Assembly: GCA_001724265.1 (NCBI GenBank)
Contig: MEDY01000081.1
Span: 1-64,000 of the forward strand
DNA length: 64,000 nucleotides
DNA from: Rhizaria sp. SCN 62-66
Lineage: Eukaryota
Direction: 5' to 3'
The position numbers and the translations under genes were made by a program. The notes beneath the pieces are model-generated. The model made no database searches, was not told the DNA's origin, and worked only from the letters and a program-made list of their open reading frames with translations. Shown in pieces: positions 10,428 to 21,203 of the stretch (the stretch's first letter is position 1; each line of letters begins with the position of its first letter).

Positions 10428-13400
10428 TCACTCCTCGTCGTCGTCGCCAGCGATCACGCGGCGCGAAGGCGCTGCGGCAGCAGGGACGACGCGGGCGTCA
10501 ACCTCGTCGTCGTCGTCGTCGTCGTCGTCGTCAGCGAGCGCGACGCGGCGGCGCTTCACGGTCTGGTTCACCACCTCCTCGTCGTCGTCGTTTGCAACGC
10601 CGGTGGAGTTGCTGCTGGCGGGGTGGGCGCCGCGGTTGCGGGCGCGGAGCAGCGCGGTGAGTCCATCCTCCTCCTCGTCGTAGTCGTCACGCGCGTCGGC
10701 GGCCTCCTTCTTGTCGCCGCCCTCAGTCTTAACCGCCGCCTCGGCGTCGGCGTCGGAGTCGGAGTCGGAGTCGGAGTCGGAGTCGGCGGCCTTGGCGGCG
10801 ACAGCAGCGGCGTCGTCGGCGTTGGCAGCGGCGGCGGCGGCAGCGGCGGCGAGGAGAGATTTGTCCTTCTTCTCCTTCTTCTCCTTCTTTTCCTTCTTCT
10901 CCTTTTTCTCCTTCTTCTCCTTCTTGTCTTTCTTGTCCTTCTTCTCCTTCTTGACGCCAGCCTCAGACTTGACTCTAACCGAGCCGGCAGCAGCAGCCGC
11001 GGCGACAGCGGCCGCAGCCGCCTTGGCCTTGGCCGCAGCCGCCGCAGCGGCCGCCTTGGCCTTGGCCTCGGCACGGAGACGCTCCTTCTCGGCCTTGGCC
11101 TCGGCCTTGGCCTTGGCGCGGGCCTCGGCCTTGGCCGCCAGACGCGCCGCGCGCTCCTCCTCGGTCTCGCCCTCGACCACGTCGTTGGCGTCGTCCTCGG
11201 CCGCGACGTTGTCGTCGCCGTCGTCGTCGTAGTCGTCGTCGTCGTCGTCGTCATCCGCGGCGCCGCGACGAGCCCTCTTGCCCGCCTCGCGTTTGCTCTT
11301 GACCATGTCGGCCTCGGCCTCGGCCTCCTGCAGCCGCGCCATTGCAGCCTCGCGCGCCACGGCGGCCGCAGCCAGCAACACGCGCGCCTGCTCCTGCTCG
11401 GTCTCGGTCGCCGCGCGCGAGGCCTCGGCCTCGGCGGCAGCCACGGCGGCGCGCGCGGCGGCGGCCTCGGCCTCGGCGGCCGCCATCTGCTGCTGCTGCG
11501 CATGCTCCTGCGCGATGGCAGCGCGCGACTTAGTCAGGATCGACGTCATGTGAGGAATCTTGAGGTCCAGGTACTCGAGGTGCTTCGACGAGCGCAGCGC
11601 GAGGTTCTTGAGCGAGATGTTGCTGCTGCTGGAGCCCGCGCTCGGTACGGCGGCAGGGACTGAGGTAGAGGCAGAGGCAGATGCGCTAGAGCTGTTGACG
11701 CTGGCCGCGGCCTCGGGCTAGGCGGCCTTGATGAGCTGCGCGAACATGCTGCGCGCGAGCGTGGCGTCTGCGAGCGCGGCCTCGACGCTGGCGACGTCAA
11801 CCATACCCACGGTCACCGCGGCCGAGGTAACACCCGCCTGTGCGGCCACCGAGGCCTCCTCGAGCGTGATGGCCATGTTGTACCACAGCGAATGCTTGCC
11901 GGGCGTCAGCTCCAGCGCGCGGGCCAGAGCGCGCCGCGCGTCGCTGGCGCGGGACGCGAGGTGGTAGGTGCGAGCTAGGTAGAGCTGCGCGTTGGCGACG
12001 GCCTCGATGCCCGCGCCCGTGGCCTCCAGGGTCGCGATGGCGGCCGAGTAGAGCAGGATCGCGTCGGCGTACTGGCCCTCCTGGGTGAGCACGTGTGCAA
12101 GGTTCACGGCCACGTTGGCGTCGCCTGGTACGGCAGCGCGCGCGTCGGCAAGCGCCGCGCGCACCAGCGGCAGCACGGCGCGCGTCTTGCCGGTGCCGGC
12201 GGGCAGCCCCGCGGCGGCCTCGTCAACCTGCGCCAGCTCGGCCATCGCGGCCGTCAGCCCCAGCAGCGCGGGCAGGCAGCCCGGGTCCAGCGTCAGCGCG
12301 CGGTTGAACTTAGACACGGCGTCGCCCAGGTCCGACTTGGCAGTCGCCAGGTGCGTCGCCACAGCCTTGTCCAGCTCGGGCTTGGACGAGCTCGACGGAC
12401 GCAGCTGCCGCAGCTCCACCAGCCGCGCCGCCTTGACGCGCTCGTTCGAGCCGCGCGCGGCCAGCAGACGGCCCTTGGCGGTGATCGCGTAGGCGTCCTT
12501 GAGCGCAGCGCCGCTCGCGCCGGCGCCGGGGGCAGCGCTGTCTGCGTCGGTCATGGCGGAGCTAGTGCCGGAGTGCGTGGCCTGCTCGCGGTACGCAACT
12601 TCGTAGAGACGCTCGGCGCGCGAGAGCAGCGCGGCGTTGCGGTGCTTGTTGTCAAAGCTGAGCTCGCCCAGGATCGAGAGCACTTGCGCGCGCGCCTCCT
12701 GCCCCGTAACGGGGCGCACGGCCGCGAAGGCCTCGACCACGCCCGCGCCCACGGCGGCTGCGGCAACGGCGGGGTCCGCGGTCGCCGCCACGCCCGCACC
12801 GGCGGCGGATGCGGCCTCGCCGTCAGTCATGGGCTTAGCGTTAGCGTTGGTGTTGGCGGTGTTTGTGAGGGAGGAAGGCGGGAGGTTGACGAGAGCGCGA
12901 AGCTGGTTAAGCCCCCACTCGAGGCCGAGCAGCGAGTGGCGCGTGGCCAGCTCGGCCAGCTTCACCACGGCGTCTGTGTAGCCGCTGTGGCTGCGGACCA
13001 GCGCAGCCAGCACCAGCTCCGCCTCGGTCGTCTTGCCCGCCTGCTCCAGCAGCAGCGCCACGTTGTAGGCAGTGGTGACGGCCGCGGCGGGCAGCGGCAG
13101 CGGCAGCGAGATGCCCGCGACCGTGAGCGACGACGACGGCAGCGACGAGATCAAAGTTGAGCCGCTGTCGGCGCCGGTCGCGGCGGGATCGGACAGCGCG
13201 GCCGCCATCTCGGCCTCGGTGGGGCCGGCGGTCGCCGCGGTGACCGTGGGCGCGGCGCTGCTAGAGGCGGGCGAAGCGGCCGTGGGGCTGAGCTCGCGGC
13301 GCAGCTGCTGCAGCGAGTAGCTGTAGGCGGCAGCGGCGGCGTCGGGAGCAGAGCCCAGCTCGTGCAGCGCCGCGCCGAGGTTGTGCCACAGCGCGCGGGG

Positions 13401-15806
13401 GGCCGCGGCCACGGCGGCCTCGGTCACGACGGCAGCCGCAGCCGCAGTCGCATCGGCGGCGGAGTCGGCGTTGTTGGGGTTGGAGGTGAGCGTGGCGACG
13501 GACACGCCGGTGAGTAGCGACACGGCGCGGGCGATACTCGCGAGCGCGGCGGCGGGGGCCGCGGCGCCGCCCGTCACGGCGGCCGTGGCGCAGGCCTGCG
13601 CGTGCTCGGCCAGCACCAGCGCCTCGGCCTTGTCCAGCGCACGGACGGCGGACGTCCCCTCAGACTTGTTGCCGTTGTTGTCCGAGGCGGCGGCGAGGGG
13701 CGCGAGCGCGCCGCTGGCGAGGGCCGAGGCCGCGGTAGCGAGCAGCGGGCGCGCGCGTGCGGGGTCGGCGCCAACGGTGAGCAGCGCGTGGCCCAGCGCC
13801 AGCGCCACCGAAGGCTCACCGGCCGGGGCCGCGGCGGCCGCGCGGGTCAGTGCGGCCACAGCGGCGCGGCCGGTCGTAGTCGCGGTAGACGGGGACGAGA
13901 GCGCGGAGCGCAGGAGCAGCTTGCCAAGGCCCAGGAGCGCGCCTGGGTGGGCCGGGGCCAGGCGCAGGGCGGCGGAGTAGAGGCTCAGCGCCTGTGGGGA
14001 GTTGAGCGGCAAGAAATAGTGGGATATGAGTCGTTGGGTAATAAAATAATGTTTACATTTAACTTTGAGAAAAGATACGAGACAGAATGTCAACATGGCA
14101 AACAAGAAAACATATAGGCGTACCTGAGACGCGAGGACCTCGCCCGTGGCGGCCACGTTGACCCCTGCGGCGCTGCTGCTGCCGAACACGCTGTCCACGT
14201 CACCCATCGCGGCGCCCGCTGCGCCGGCCCCGGCCTCGGCCTCGGCGGCAGTGGCGAGGACCGCGGCGGCGGCGACGGAGGGCTGGTCGGGCAGCGCGAG
14301 CCCAGCGAGCGAGTGCGCGACGCGGGCGCGCTGGTATGCGATCTCGGCCCGCAGCGCCTCGACGCCGATGGCGCTGAAGCCGCCCAGCGCGCCACTGGCC
14401 GTGGCCTCGGCGCGCGCGAGCAGCGCCTCGATGCCGGCCGCGGCCGAGGTGGGCAACGTCACGGTCACCGCGCCCTCGCTGCTCACGGCCACCTGCGGGC
14501 TGCCGGCCTGGAGGCGCGCGCGCGTGCGTGCGGCGAAGAAGGCGTGGTTGGCCAGCGCCGCGAGCGCAAGCGGGTGATTCGGCGCAAGCGACTGTGCGTA
14601 GGCCAGGAGTGATAGCGCCTTGGCGGGGTCGCCCGTCGCCGCGGCGTCAGCGCCAGCGCTGCCGGCGGCGGCGGTGGCGGGCGGCGGGTGGAGGAAGAGC
14701 TGGAGCTCGAGCAGGCCGAGCGCGGCGGCGGCGTCGGCGCACTTGGGGTCAAGCTGCAGCGCGCGCATAAAGGCGCGGCGCGCGGCAGTGTAGGCCTTAA
14801 GCGCGTAGTGACAGAGCCCGATCGACACGCGCACGGCGGCCGGGAGAGCCGGGTTGGCAATAAGCGCGGCGGAGTAGGCGGCCAGCGCGCTGCGGGGATC
14901 GCCGCGGAGCGCCTTGACGAGCCCCATGAGGAGCAGCGCCAGCGCGTCGCCAGGCGGCGCCGTGGCGCTGCCCGCCGAGGCCAGCGCGACCGCCGCCGTG
15001 CTCGTTGGCGCGCCGCCCGCGGGCCCCGCGGGGGCGGAGGCGGAGCCGAGCGCGAGCGCGAGGGCGGACTCGGCCGTGGCGGCGGCCGAGGCGGCTGTGG
15101 GCTCGGCGGCGAGCGCGAAGTAGGCGCGCATCGACCAGACTGAGGGGCAGTTGACATGGGTCGCCTGCATCGTCGTCGTCGCGGTCGTCAGCGCCTGTGG
15201 GCAGACAAAGAAGTAGAAAAAACACGATTGATAGAGTTAAATGTGAGACAAATTGGCATTGAAACAGCAAGGGTGCATGAAACGAGGACGTCGTGTGTAT
15301 GAGCGTACCTGCGTGGCGGAAGATGCGGCGACGGTGCGGTCGCGCACTGGCAGAGCGAGCGCCTGCGCCATGGCGGCGCCGGCCTGCGCTGTGAGCAGCT
15401 TGACCTGGGCCAGACTGTCGGCCGCGGTCTGCACCGGCACCGTCTGTGCGTGCTGCACAAGCTGCTGGAACGCCGCGCCGTGCCCGCGCTTGTGGTACTC
15501 GAGCGCCAGCGCGTGGCAGAGCGACGCCGACACGCCCTGTGACAGCAACGCGTGCAGGTCCGACAGCGGCGGCAACGCGTCGGCGGGGCTCAGAGTCAGC
15601 GGGAGAGCGACGGTCGAGAGGGGCTCGGTCGCGGGCGCCGAGCCGGGGGCCAGCGAGTACAGCAGGGGGTTCTGCAGCGGCAGCAGGAGGTCGTAGGACG
15701 CGGGGAGCGCTGAGGCGGCGTCGAGCGCGGCCACGGAGTCGACAGGCGCGTTGGTGTTCATGGTGGGGTCAGCCGAGGCGGAGGCCGCGGCGGTCGAGGA
15801 AGACAT
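10428..15806 (-). CDS. CTR9: PAF1 complex TPR subunit CTR9, ~1710 aa (exons 15806-15309, 15194-14124, 13991-10428), with one in-frame TAG at 11720-11718; TGA stop
   Basis: N-terminus LCHALALEYHKRGHGAAFQQLV resembles CTR9 [64 protein letters not shown] and LWYNMAITL are TPR motifs. After the TAG the same frame continues into a helical region and a charged K/D/E tail as expected for CTR9. Comparisons are from memory, not an alignment. Confidence 0.88.
10754..10950 (-). repeat. Low-complexity coding repeats: (GACTCC)n = DSDSDS and a KKE/KKD repeat
   Basis: Tandem ggagtc units at ~10754-10785 and ttctcc/ttcttc units at 10861-10950 on the + strand. Confidence 0.85.
13992..14123 (-). other. Spliceosomal intron (132 nt, phase 0, stop-free 3n) in CTR9
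   Basis: CAG|GTACGC ... CCACAG|GCG; an AT-rich island that the ORF track translates as atypical sequence (VRLYVFLFAMLTFC...). Confidence 0.88.
15195..15308 (-). other. Spliceosomal intron (114 nt, phase 0) in CTR9
   Basis: CAG|GTACGC ... CCCACAG|GCG; AT-rich, contains an in-frame TAA. Confidence 0.88.
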
Positions 15807-16640
15807 GGGGAGGCAGCGGCAGCAGAAGTGCGCTAGGTCTCGATTGTTCTGTCTGTCGAACGAGGGAGCGTGTCAGGTTTTGCTTGCTCCAAACTTCCTG
15901 TCAGGGAACGGAGTCGCAAGAAAACGCAAACACAACGCGCTGCTGCGGGTGGCGGCGGCGGCGCGGGGGTCTAGAAACAAACAGAAAACAGGCGCAAACA
16001 GCCCAGTAGCATCGAAACAACAAGGGTTAAAATAAGTTTTGGTCAGGGTGCGTTGGCAATGTGATACGGTGTTGGTTTATAACGATTCGAGAGTAGATGA
16101 GTGTAGAAAGACCCAAGCGCGGAGCGGGCCGAGGAAGTGAGGCGGGGTACAAGAAATCAAGGCCGGGATAGGCATAGACTTCCGTTGATAGCAACAGGAT
16201 CAGCGTGTAGTGAAGATCATTCAGTGCTTGAGATGCTTGCTATTAAATCACTTCGCCAGATGCCAGGATACGGTGCCAATCCCGTTTGATTGATGATCCG
16301 AGAGCCACAACGATTAAAATTTGAAAAATGAATTTGGCCCAGTTTTTTCGGTCCGTCATCTGGCCAAGCGCCCCCTTCCAGCATGAAATGCCAGGTCCGC
16401 AGTGCAATATTCTGATCGTCAGTAAGATCAAAATTGCTAATAAACGATTTATCTTGTGGTGTCTCATACTATATCTTACTTATAAATCTTGTATCTGCTA
16501 TCTCTCTTCACAGGCACAGCTTTCGTTTGTCTTAGTTGTCACTGCAGCTAACACCTCCTGCAGCGTTCGTTTGAACCACTCCAGCTCGGTCACGCTTGCG
16601 CGCGCTGCTTCTACCGAAGCACCAAGACTTACGCGGCTAC

Positions 16641-19600
16641 ATGGACCGTTATATGGTGCTGGCCAAGGTTGGTGAAGGCACGTTCGGCGAGGTCTTCAAG
16701 GCCCGCTGTCGCGACACAGGCGCCTATGTACGTTACTCACATATTCGTTCATTAACCTCGACAAATCCATATAGATAACAACGGTATCGCAATCAACGTC
16801 GGCGTGGCATATCACATCTTGTATTCTAACTGTACTTTTTTCCGTGCTCGGTCCTGCAACTATTGTGTATCTCCACAGGTGGCCCTAAAGAAGGTTCGCG
16901 TGCGCAACCTCGCCGCGGGTCTCCCTAAGTCTGTCATCCGCGAAATCCGCGCCCTCTCAGCGCTGCGCTCGCCGCACCTCATCCGCCTGCTGCGTTACTT
17001 TGCATTTGGCGCGGGTGTTGTGCTGGTGCTCGAGTACATGGCCAGTGACGCGCTCAAGCTCGCCAAGACGCTCTCGCAGCGCACGGGCGCCCGGCTGCCG
17101 CTCGCTGCAGTGAGGTCGCTCACGCGAGACACCGTCGAGGGGCTGTGGGCGCTGCACGGCAAGGGCGTGATGCACCGCGATGTGAAGCCCGGCAATGTGC
17201 TGGTGGACAGCGACGGCCGCGCCGTGCTGGGCGACCTCGGCATGGCACGCGTCTACCAGCAGGGACAGGTACGGAGATTCGCCAAATTCGAGCGGATATC
17301 ATCAAAACGTGCACATATATTACAATATATGGGGATACTCTTTTTTAATGTTGCATTGTGAGTTTGCATCAATGAATTGGACTAATCCCCGACAATCAAT
17401 CTCATTACCGTCTACTTTTCTACAGATCTACTCGCACGAAGTCGCGTCGCGGTGGTACAAGGCTCCCGAGCTCCTGCTGGGCACGCGCCAGTCGACCCCT
17501 GCCATCGACATGTGGGCTCTGGGCTGCGTTGTCGCAGAGTGGCTCTCCGGCGGCGCGCTCATGGCAGGCGGCAACGACATCGACCAACTGGCGCGCATTT
17601 TCTCCACTGTGGGCACGCCTCTCGAGACTGAGACGGAGCCAGAAAACGCTGACGCAAACGCAACAGACGGTAACAACAATAACAGCAAGGCAGATACAAC
17701 TAACGTTACAGAAAATAGTTTTAGCGTTGGGTTTGTGACTGAAACTGGTTTCCCGTTCGCGCCCGTGCCGTGTCGCCGCACGTGGCCCTCGGTGGTGACT
17801 CTGCTCGACTACACTAAGATTACATTCCCTCCATCCGCGGGCCGCGACTGGACAGAGACGTTGCCCACCGCTGACCCGGCGGCCGTGGACTTCGTGGCGC
17901 GGCTGCTGGTGTTGGACCCTGTTAAGCGCATGACTGCGGAGCAAGCGCGACAGCACCCGTTTGTCACCGGCAACCTGAACACGCGGACCGGCGACAACGC
18001 GGACACCGGCACGGTTGGTGCGCTTTGGAGTTGTCTTGACGTTAGGAACAGCGGCGCTGACGGCAAGGAGCTCGTGGCGTCGCTAGTCAAGTTTTCTCTC
18101 GCGGCCAACGAGGCCGCAGCGGCCACGACGGTCGCGGTTGCGGTCGCGCACGGACACACCCAGGGGTACGGCGCCCGCAACGGCGGCGACGGCGCTAGCG
18201 ACGATGACGAAGACGAGGACGACGAGGGTTACAGCAACTTGATGTACGCGAACGATCCCACCGCGAGTAACAGCAACGTTAACACTGGCCGCAGTCTCAA
18301 CTCCACGCTGCACACGCCCACAACAAACGCCACAGCAAACGCGTCGGCCTCAGCGATGACGACGACGCTGACCAGAACTGGTCTTATCAATGGTAGCGGA
18401 GGCGCGCCGCTGTTCACGCCGCCACGGCCGAGGCAGCAGTCTGTCAAGCAAGCACTCGGCAATGACGATAGCAAAGACGGCACTGGCAAGTGCTGCTGTC
18501 GGGGTGGCGTGAGCTGCCGTGGTCGCAAGAGCAATGCAAGTGTTTGTGATAGCTTTGGCTCATATCGGACCATGTCAGATGTGACTGTGAACACAACGAC
18601 GAGCAAGGGCGGCGTCGACGAGAAGACGGTATTCACCGTTGCTTTGAACAGCGACCCGCAGTCATGCGGCACGAATGATAACAAGAATGAAGGTTTTGCA
18701 ATGCAGATTGATACTCGCGGACATGTGTCATTCACTCTGCCCTCGGTCACACCGACAGTGCTCGCAGCCCAAACGAATCAAGGACAGGGATCGAGCAAGC
18801 ACAAGACCAAGAAGAAGATGTGGCAGGGGAAATGTAAAAACGCACAGAAGGGCAGCGCTAAGAGTAATTTCTCACGCTCGGAATGCTGCTGCCTCCAAAC
18901 CTAGCCACAGCCTGAGCGGCTGCGACTGCCTTCGTGGCTGTCGACCCAGTCGATGCAGGAAGAAGTCGCCTTCTGGACCGCGGTTGACGCTGCCACCAGC
19001 GACACGAATCGCGTTCCCAGCATCAACATCAACGGAGCGCCTACCGTGAGCAGCCTGCCCGTGGGCCATCTTATCAGCGCTGCCACGGCCGCCACCCCGT
19101 ACAGTCACGAGATCATGGGCGCGGCACTGCTCGCCGCTACACTCGAGACCAGTGAGACCACCCCTGGAACCGCGATCTCTGCGGCGAGTGTGGGTAATAA
19201 TGCTGCCGTTGGCGACTGCGGTGTTGATGTTGACGCCGTTGTTCTCGCAATGATTCTTGGTATCAACGTAAACACGACTCCGGCACCCGCTCCTGTAGAC
19301 ACAAGTACTGGAGGCAGTGAAGCTGTGAGTGCTGCATTAAAGGTGACTGTGGGGGTATGTGTTTGCAACAACGCCATTTTCCGACCGCCCGGCTCGGTCA
19401 CGTTTCCACACGACGCCCTTCCCAACAGCACCAGCGCCAACACAGCCGGTAATGCCAACGCAGTCGCAGGCGGTGCTACGGCGAGCAATGAGGGCGAAAA
19501 CGCAAAGAGCAACGCTGTGGACAGTGGTTTTGATAACACTGTTGTTCTCGCCGCCGCCGTCACGGCCCCGGACGCCAACACCAACAGCTATGCCTTTGCC

Positions 19601-19843
19601 CACGGTAAAAGCAACAACATTCACAATAATAGCGGCGGCATCGGTGGCAACGTCATCATCAGCGACGCCGTAACTGCTGCGGCCGCCACGGGCGCGCTGA
19701 CCGAAGAGGATGACGGCGACGGCGGCAACGGCTCCAAGATGGCATGGGCCATGCTCGCCGAGGTCAGGCGCTTCCACCAGCTCCTCCAAAAGCTCGACTT
19801 GGCACAGGCGCAAACGCAGACGCAAATGCAAAACTAGTCATGA
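16641..19843 (+). CDS. CDK20: CDK20/CCRK (LF2)-like kinase with long C-terminal extension (exons 16641-16727, 16879-17268, 17426-19843; ~964 aa if TAG 18902 and TAG 19835 are sense; TGA 19841-19843)
   Basis: MDRY.VLAKVGEGTFGEVFKA, VALKKV, GLPKSVIREIRAL, FGAGVVLVLEYMASD, HRDVKPGNVL, DLGMAR, YSHEVASRWYKAPELLLG, DMWALGCV, GNDIDQLARIF..VGTP fit the CDK20 subfamily. The kinase domain is secure; the 3' end depends on how TAG is read. Confidence 0.82.
16728..16878 (+). other. Spliceosomal intron (151 nt, phase 0) in CDK20
   Basis: TAT|GTACGT ... TTCTAAC (branch-like) ... CCACAG|GTG; joins TGAY|VALKK. Confidence 0.93.
17269..17425 (+). other. Spliceosomal intron (157 nt, phase 0) in CDK20
   Basis: CAG|GTACGG ... 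ACTAAT ... CTACAG|ATC; joins ARVYQQGQ|IYSHEV in the activation loop. Confidence 0.93.
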
Positions 19844-20655
19844 AGATGCGGATTTGACACTATATAGTCTAAGAATAGATAGATTAATAGCAACAATGGT
19901 AATACTAAGCAAATTAATTCTTTGTTGTGGAACTTTGATTAAAAAATAAACTTTTGTATTGATTTGGGAAAAAAGAAATTGTTGAGTTTGTCGATGATGA
20001 TAAGCACAAATGCGTCTTGCGATCAGTGGCTACAGACAGCAGACTTGACTTGCACTGCATTGCTTGCTACGTGTTGGGCTTTGGTGAGCGTGCATATGAA
20101 AGTCAGAGGCTGACAATAGGTGCACGTGGAGAGAGAGGTAAGGAGGAAGTGACAAAACGTGTCTCCTTCACAAAAAGACTCTTCTCGTGACATTAACAAG
20201 GCGACATTGGGGAAAAATAAAAACGCAAGCGGCCAAACAGGCAAGCAAGTGATTGTAGACAGCAAAATGCAAGAGTAGGAGCAAAAGCACAGCAACAGTG
20301 AAGCGTGTTAAAAGGAAGTGTGGCACGTGTCCAGACAGCAACTGTGCTTTTGGGTGCAAGCAAGCGTAGATGCAAGAGGGTGTTAAGTGTAAATAGTTGT
20401 GATAAAACACGCCTTTCCAAACCCAAACGAAGACGTCACAGCAGCTCCAGCACAAAACCTCAATCAATCTCTGCAAACGAGTGCAAATGACTGAAAAGGG
20501 CTGCAGGAGCCAGAGCTGCGAGTCGCTTCGTGGGACAGGTTAACGCGCCTGCTGCGGCTCGCACGTGCCAAAACTCAGTTTAGCCGGTGCGCCTTTGTGG
20601 GCGTTCCCCGTGCGTCCGTAATTGTGGAAGGTCGTGCATTGGGACGGCGGTTCGC

Positions 20656-20955
20656 TTACTTGTACGCGAGGCGCTCGTTGGTCTCGGACTCAATCTTCTT
20701 CATGAGGTCGGCGAGGCCGTACGAAGTGTAGGGGTCGTAGTCCTGGAGGTGCTTGGGGACCTCCTCATGCTTGAACGAAAGGTCGTGTGCGCGAATAAGG
20801 CGGCGCACGCGGTCCTTCTGGACGTCGGGGGGAAGCATGTTGACGGCCTTGGCGACGGTGTCGTTGCTGATGATGATGTCCTCAGCAAAGAGGCCGAAGG
20901 CACGGAGCTTGTTGACGGTCATACGCTTCTCAACGTTGGCAAGGGCGCGCAGCAT
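20656..20955 (-). CDS. QCR7: Ubiquinol-cytochrome c reductase subunit 7 (14 kDa subunit), ~99 aa; TAA stop
   Basis: LRAFGLFAEDII...VAKAVNMLPPDVQKDRVRRLIRAHDLSFKHEEVPK...YDPY.SY...LMKKIESETNER fits the QCR7/UQCRB pattern (GL..DD, A..RLP, R..R..RA.DLS.K...LP). The start is at ATG 20955 or at the in-frame ATG 20970. Confidence 0.88.
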   Translation of the reverse strand: MLRALANVEKRMTVNKLRAFGLFAEDIIISNDTVAKAVNMLPPDVQKDRVRRLIRAHDLSFKHEEVPKHLQDYDPYTSYGLADLMKKIESETNERLAYK

Positions 20956-20962
20956 TGGGGCA

Positions 20963-21203
20963 CTACGCATAAAAACCCGGTTGCAATCAATATATGATGA
21001 TGAAAAAAGAAGAAAATGAGCTTAGAAGCTATGGAAGAGCAGAGAGAGCAAGGCAAGTGACGAGACGCGCAGAGCGAAGCAGAGCCTCACAAAGTAGCGG
21101 AATACAATACCCAACAAGCAGAAATATGCTACCATGTACCATGGTATTATAATTCACTGCGTATATCCATTGTCTTGCAATAAAACAGAATTGTACAACG
21201 CAC
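20963..21203 (-). other. Possible 5'-UTR intron of QCR7
   Basis: Minus strand AAA|GTGCGT at 21203, AT- and pyrimidine-rich interior, TGCGTAG acceptor ending at 20963, 7 nt before the ATG. Confidence 0.45.

Noticed and set aside
10428-11549. 373-aa ORF as an independent gene
   Set aside because: It is in frame with CTR9, separated only by one TAG and 56 sense codons with no promoter-like or AT-rich spacer, and it matches the expected CTR9 C-terminal architecture.
11718-11810. TAG at 11718 (and 18902) as a 3' splice acceptor of a hidden intron
   Set aside because: There is no GTACG donor, AT-rich interior or pyrimidine tract upstream of 11718, and the upstream sequence encodes a conserved CTR9 helix. 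No GTACG donor precedes 18902 either. RNA-seq is still needed to exclude this formally.
10428-19843. CTR9 and CDK20 as pseudogenes
   Set aside because: No frameshifts, no internal TAA/TGA, intact splice sites and catalytic motifs. The only lesions are the same codon (TAG), which random decay would not favour.
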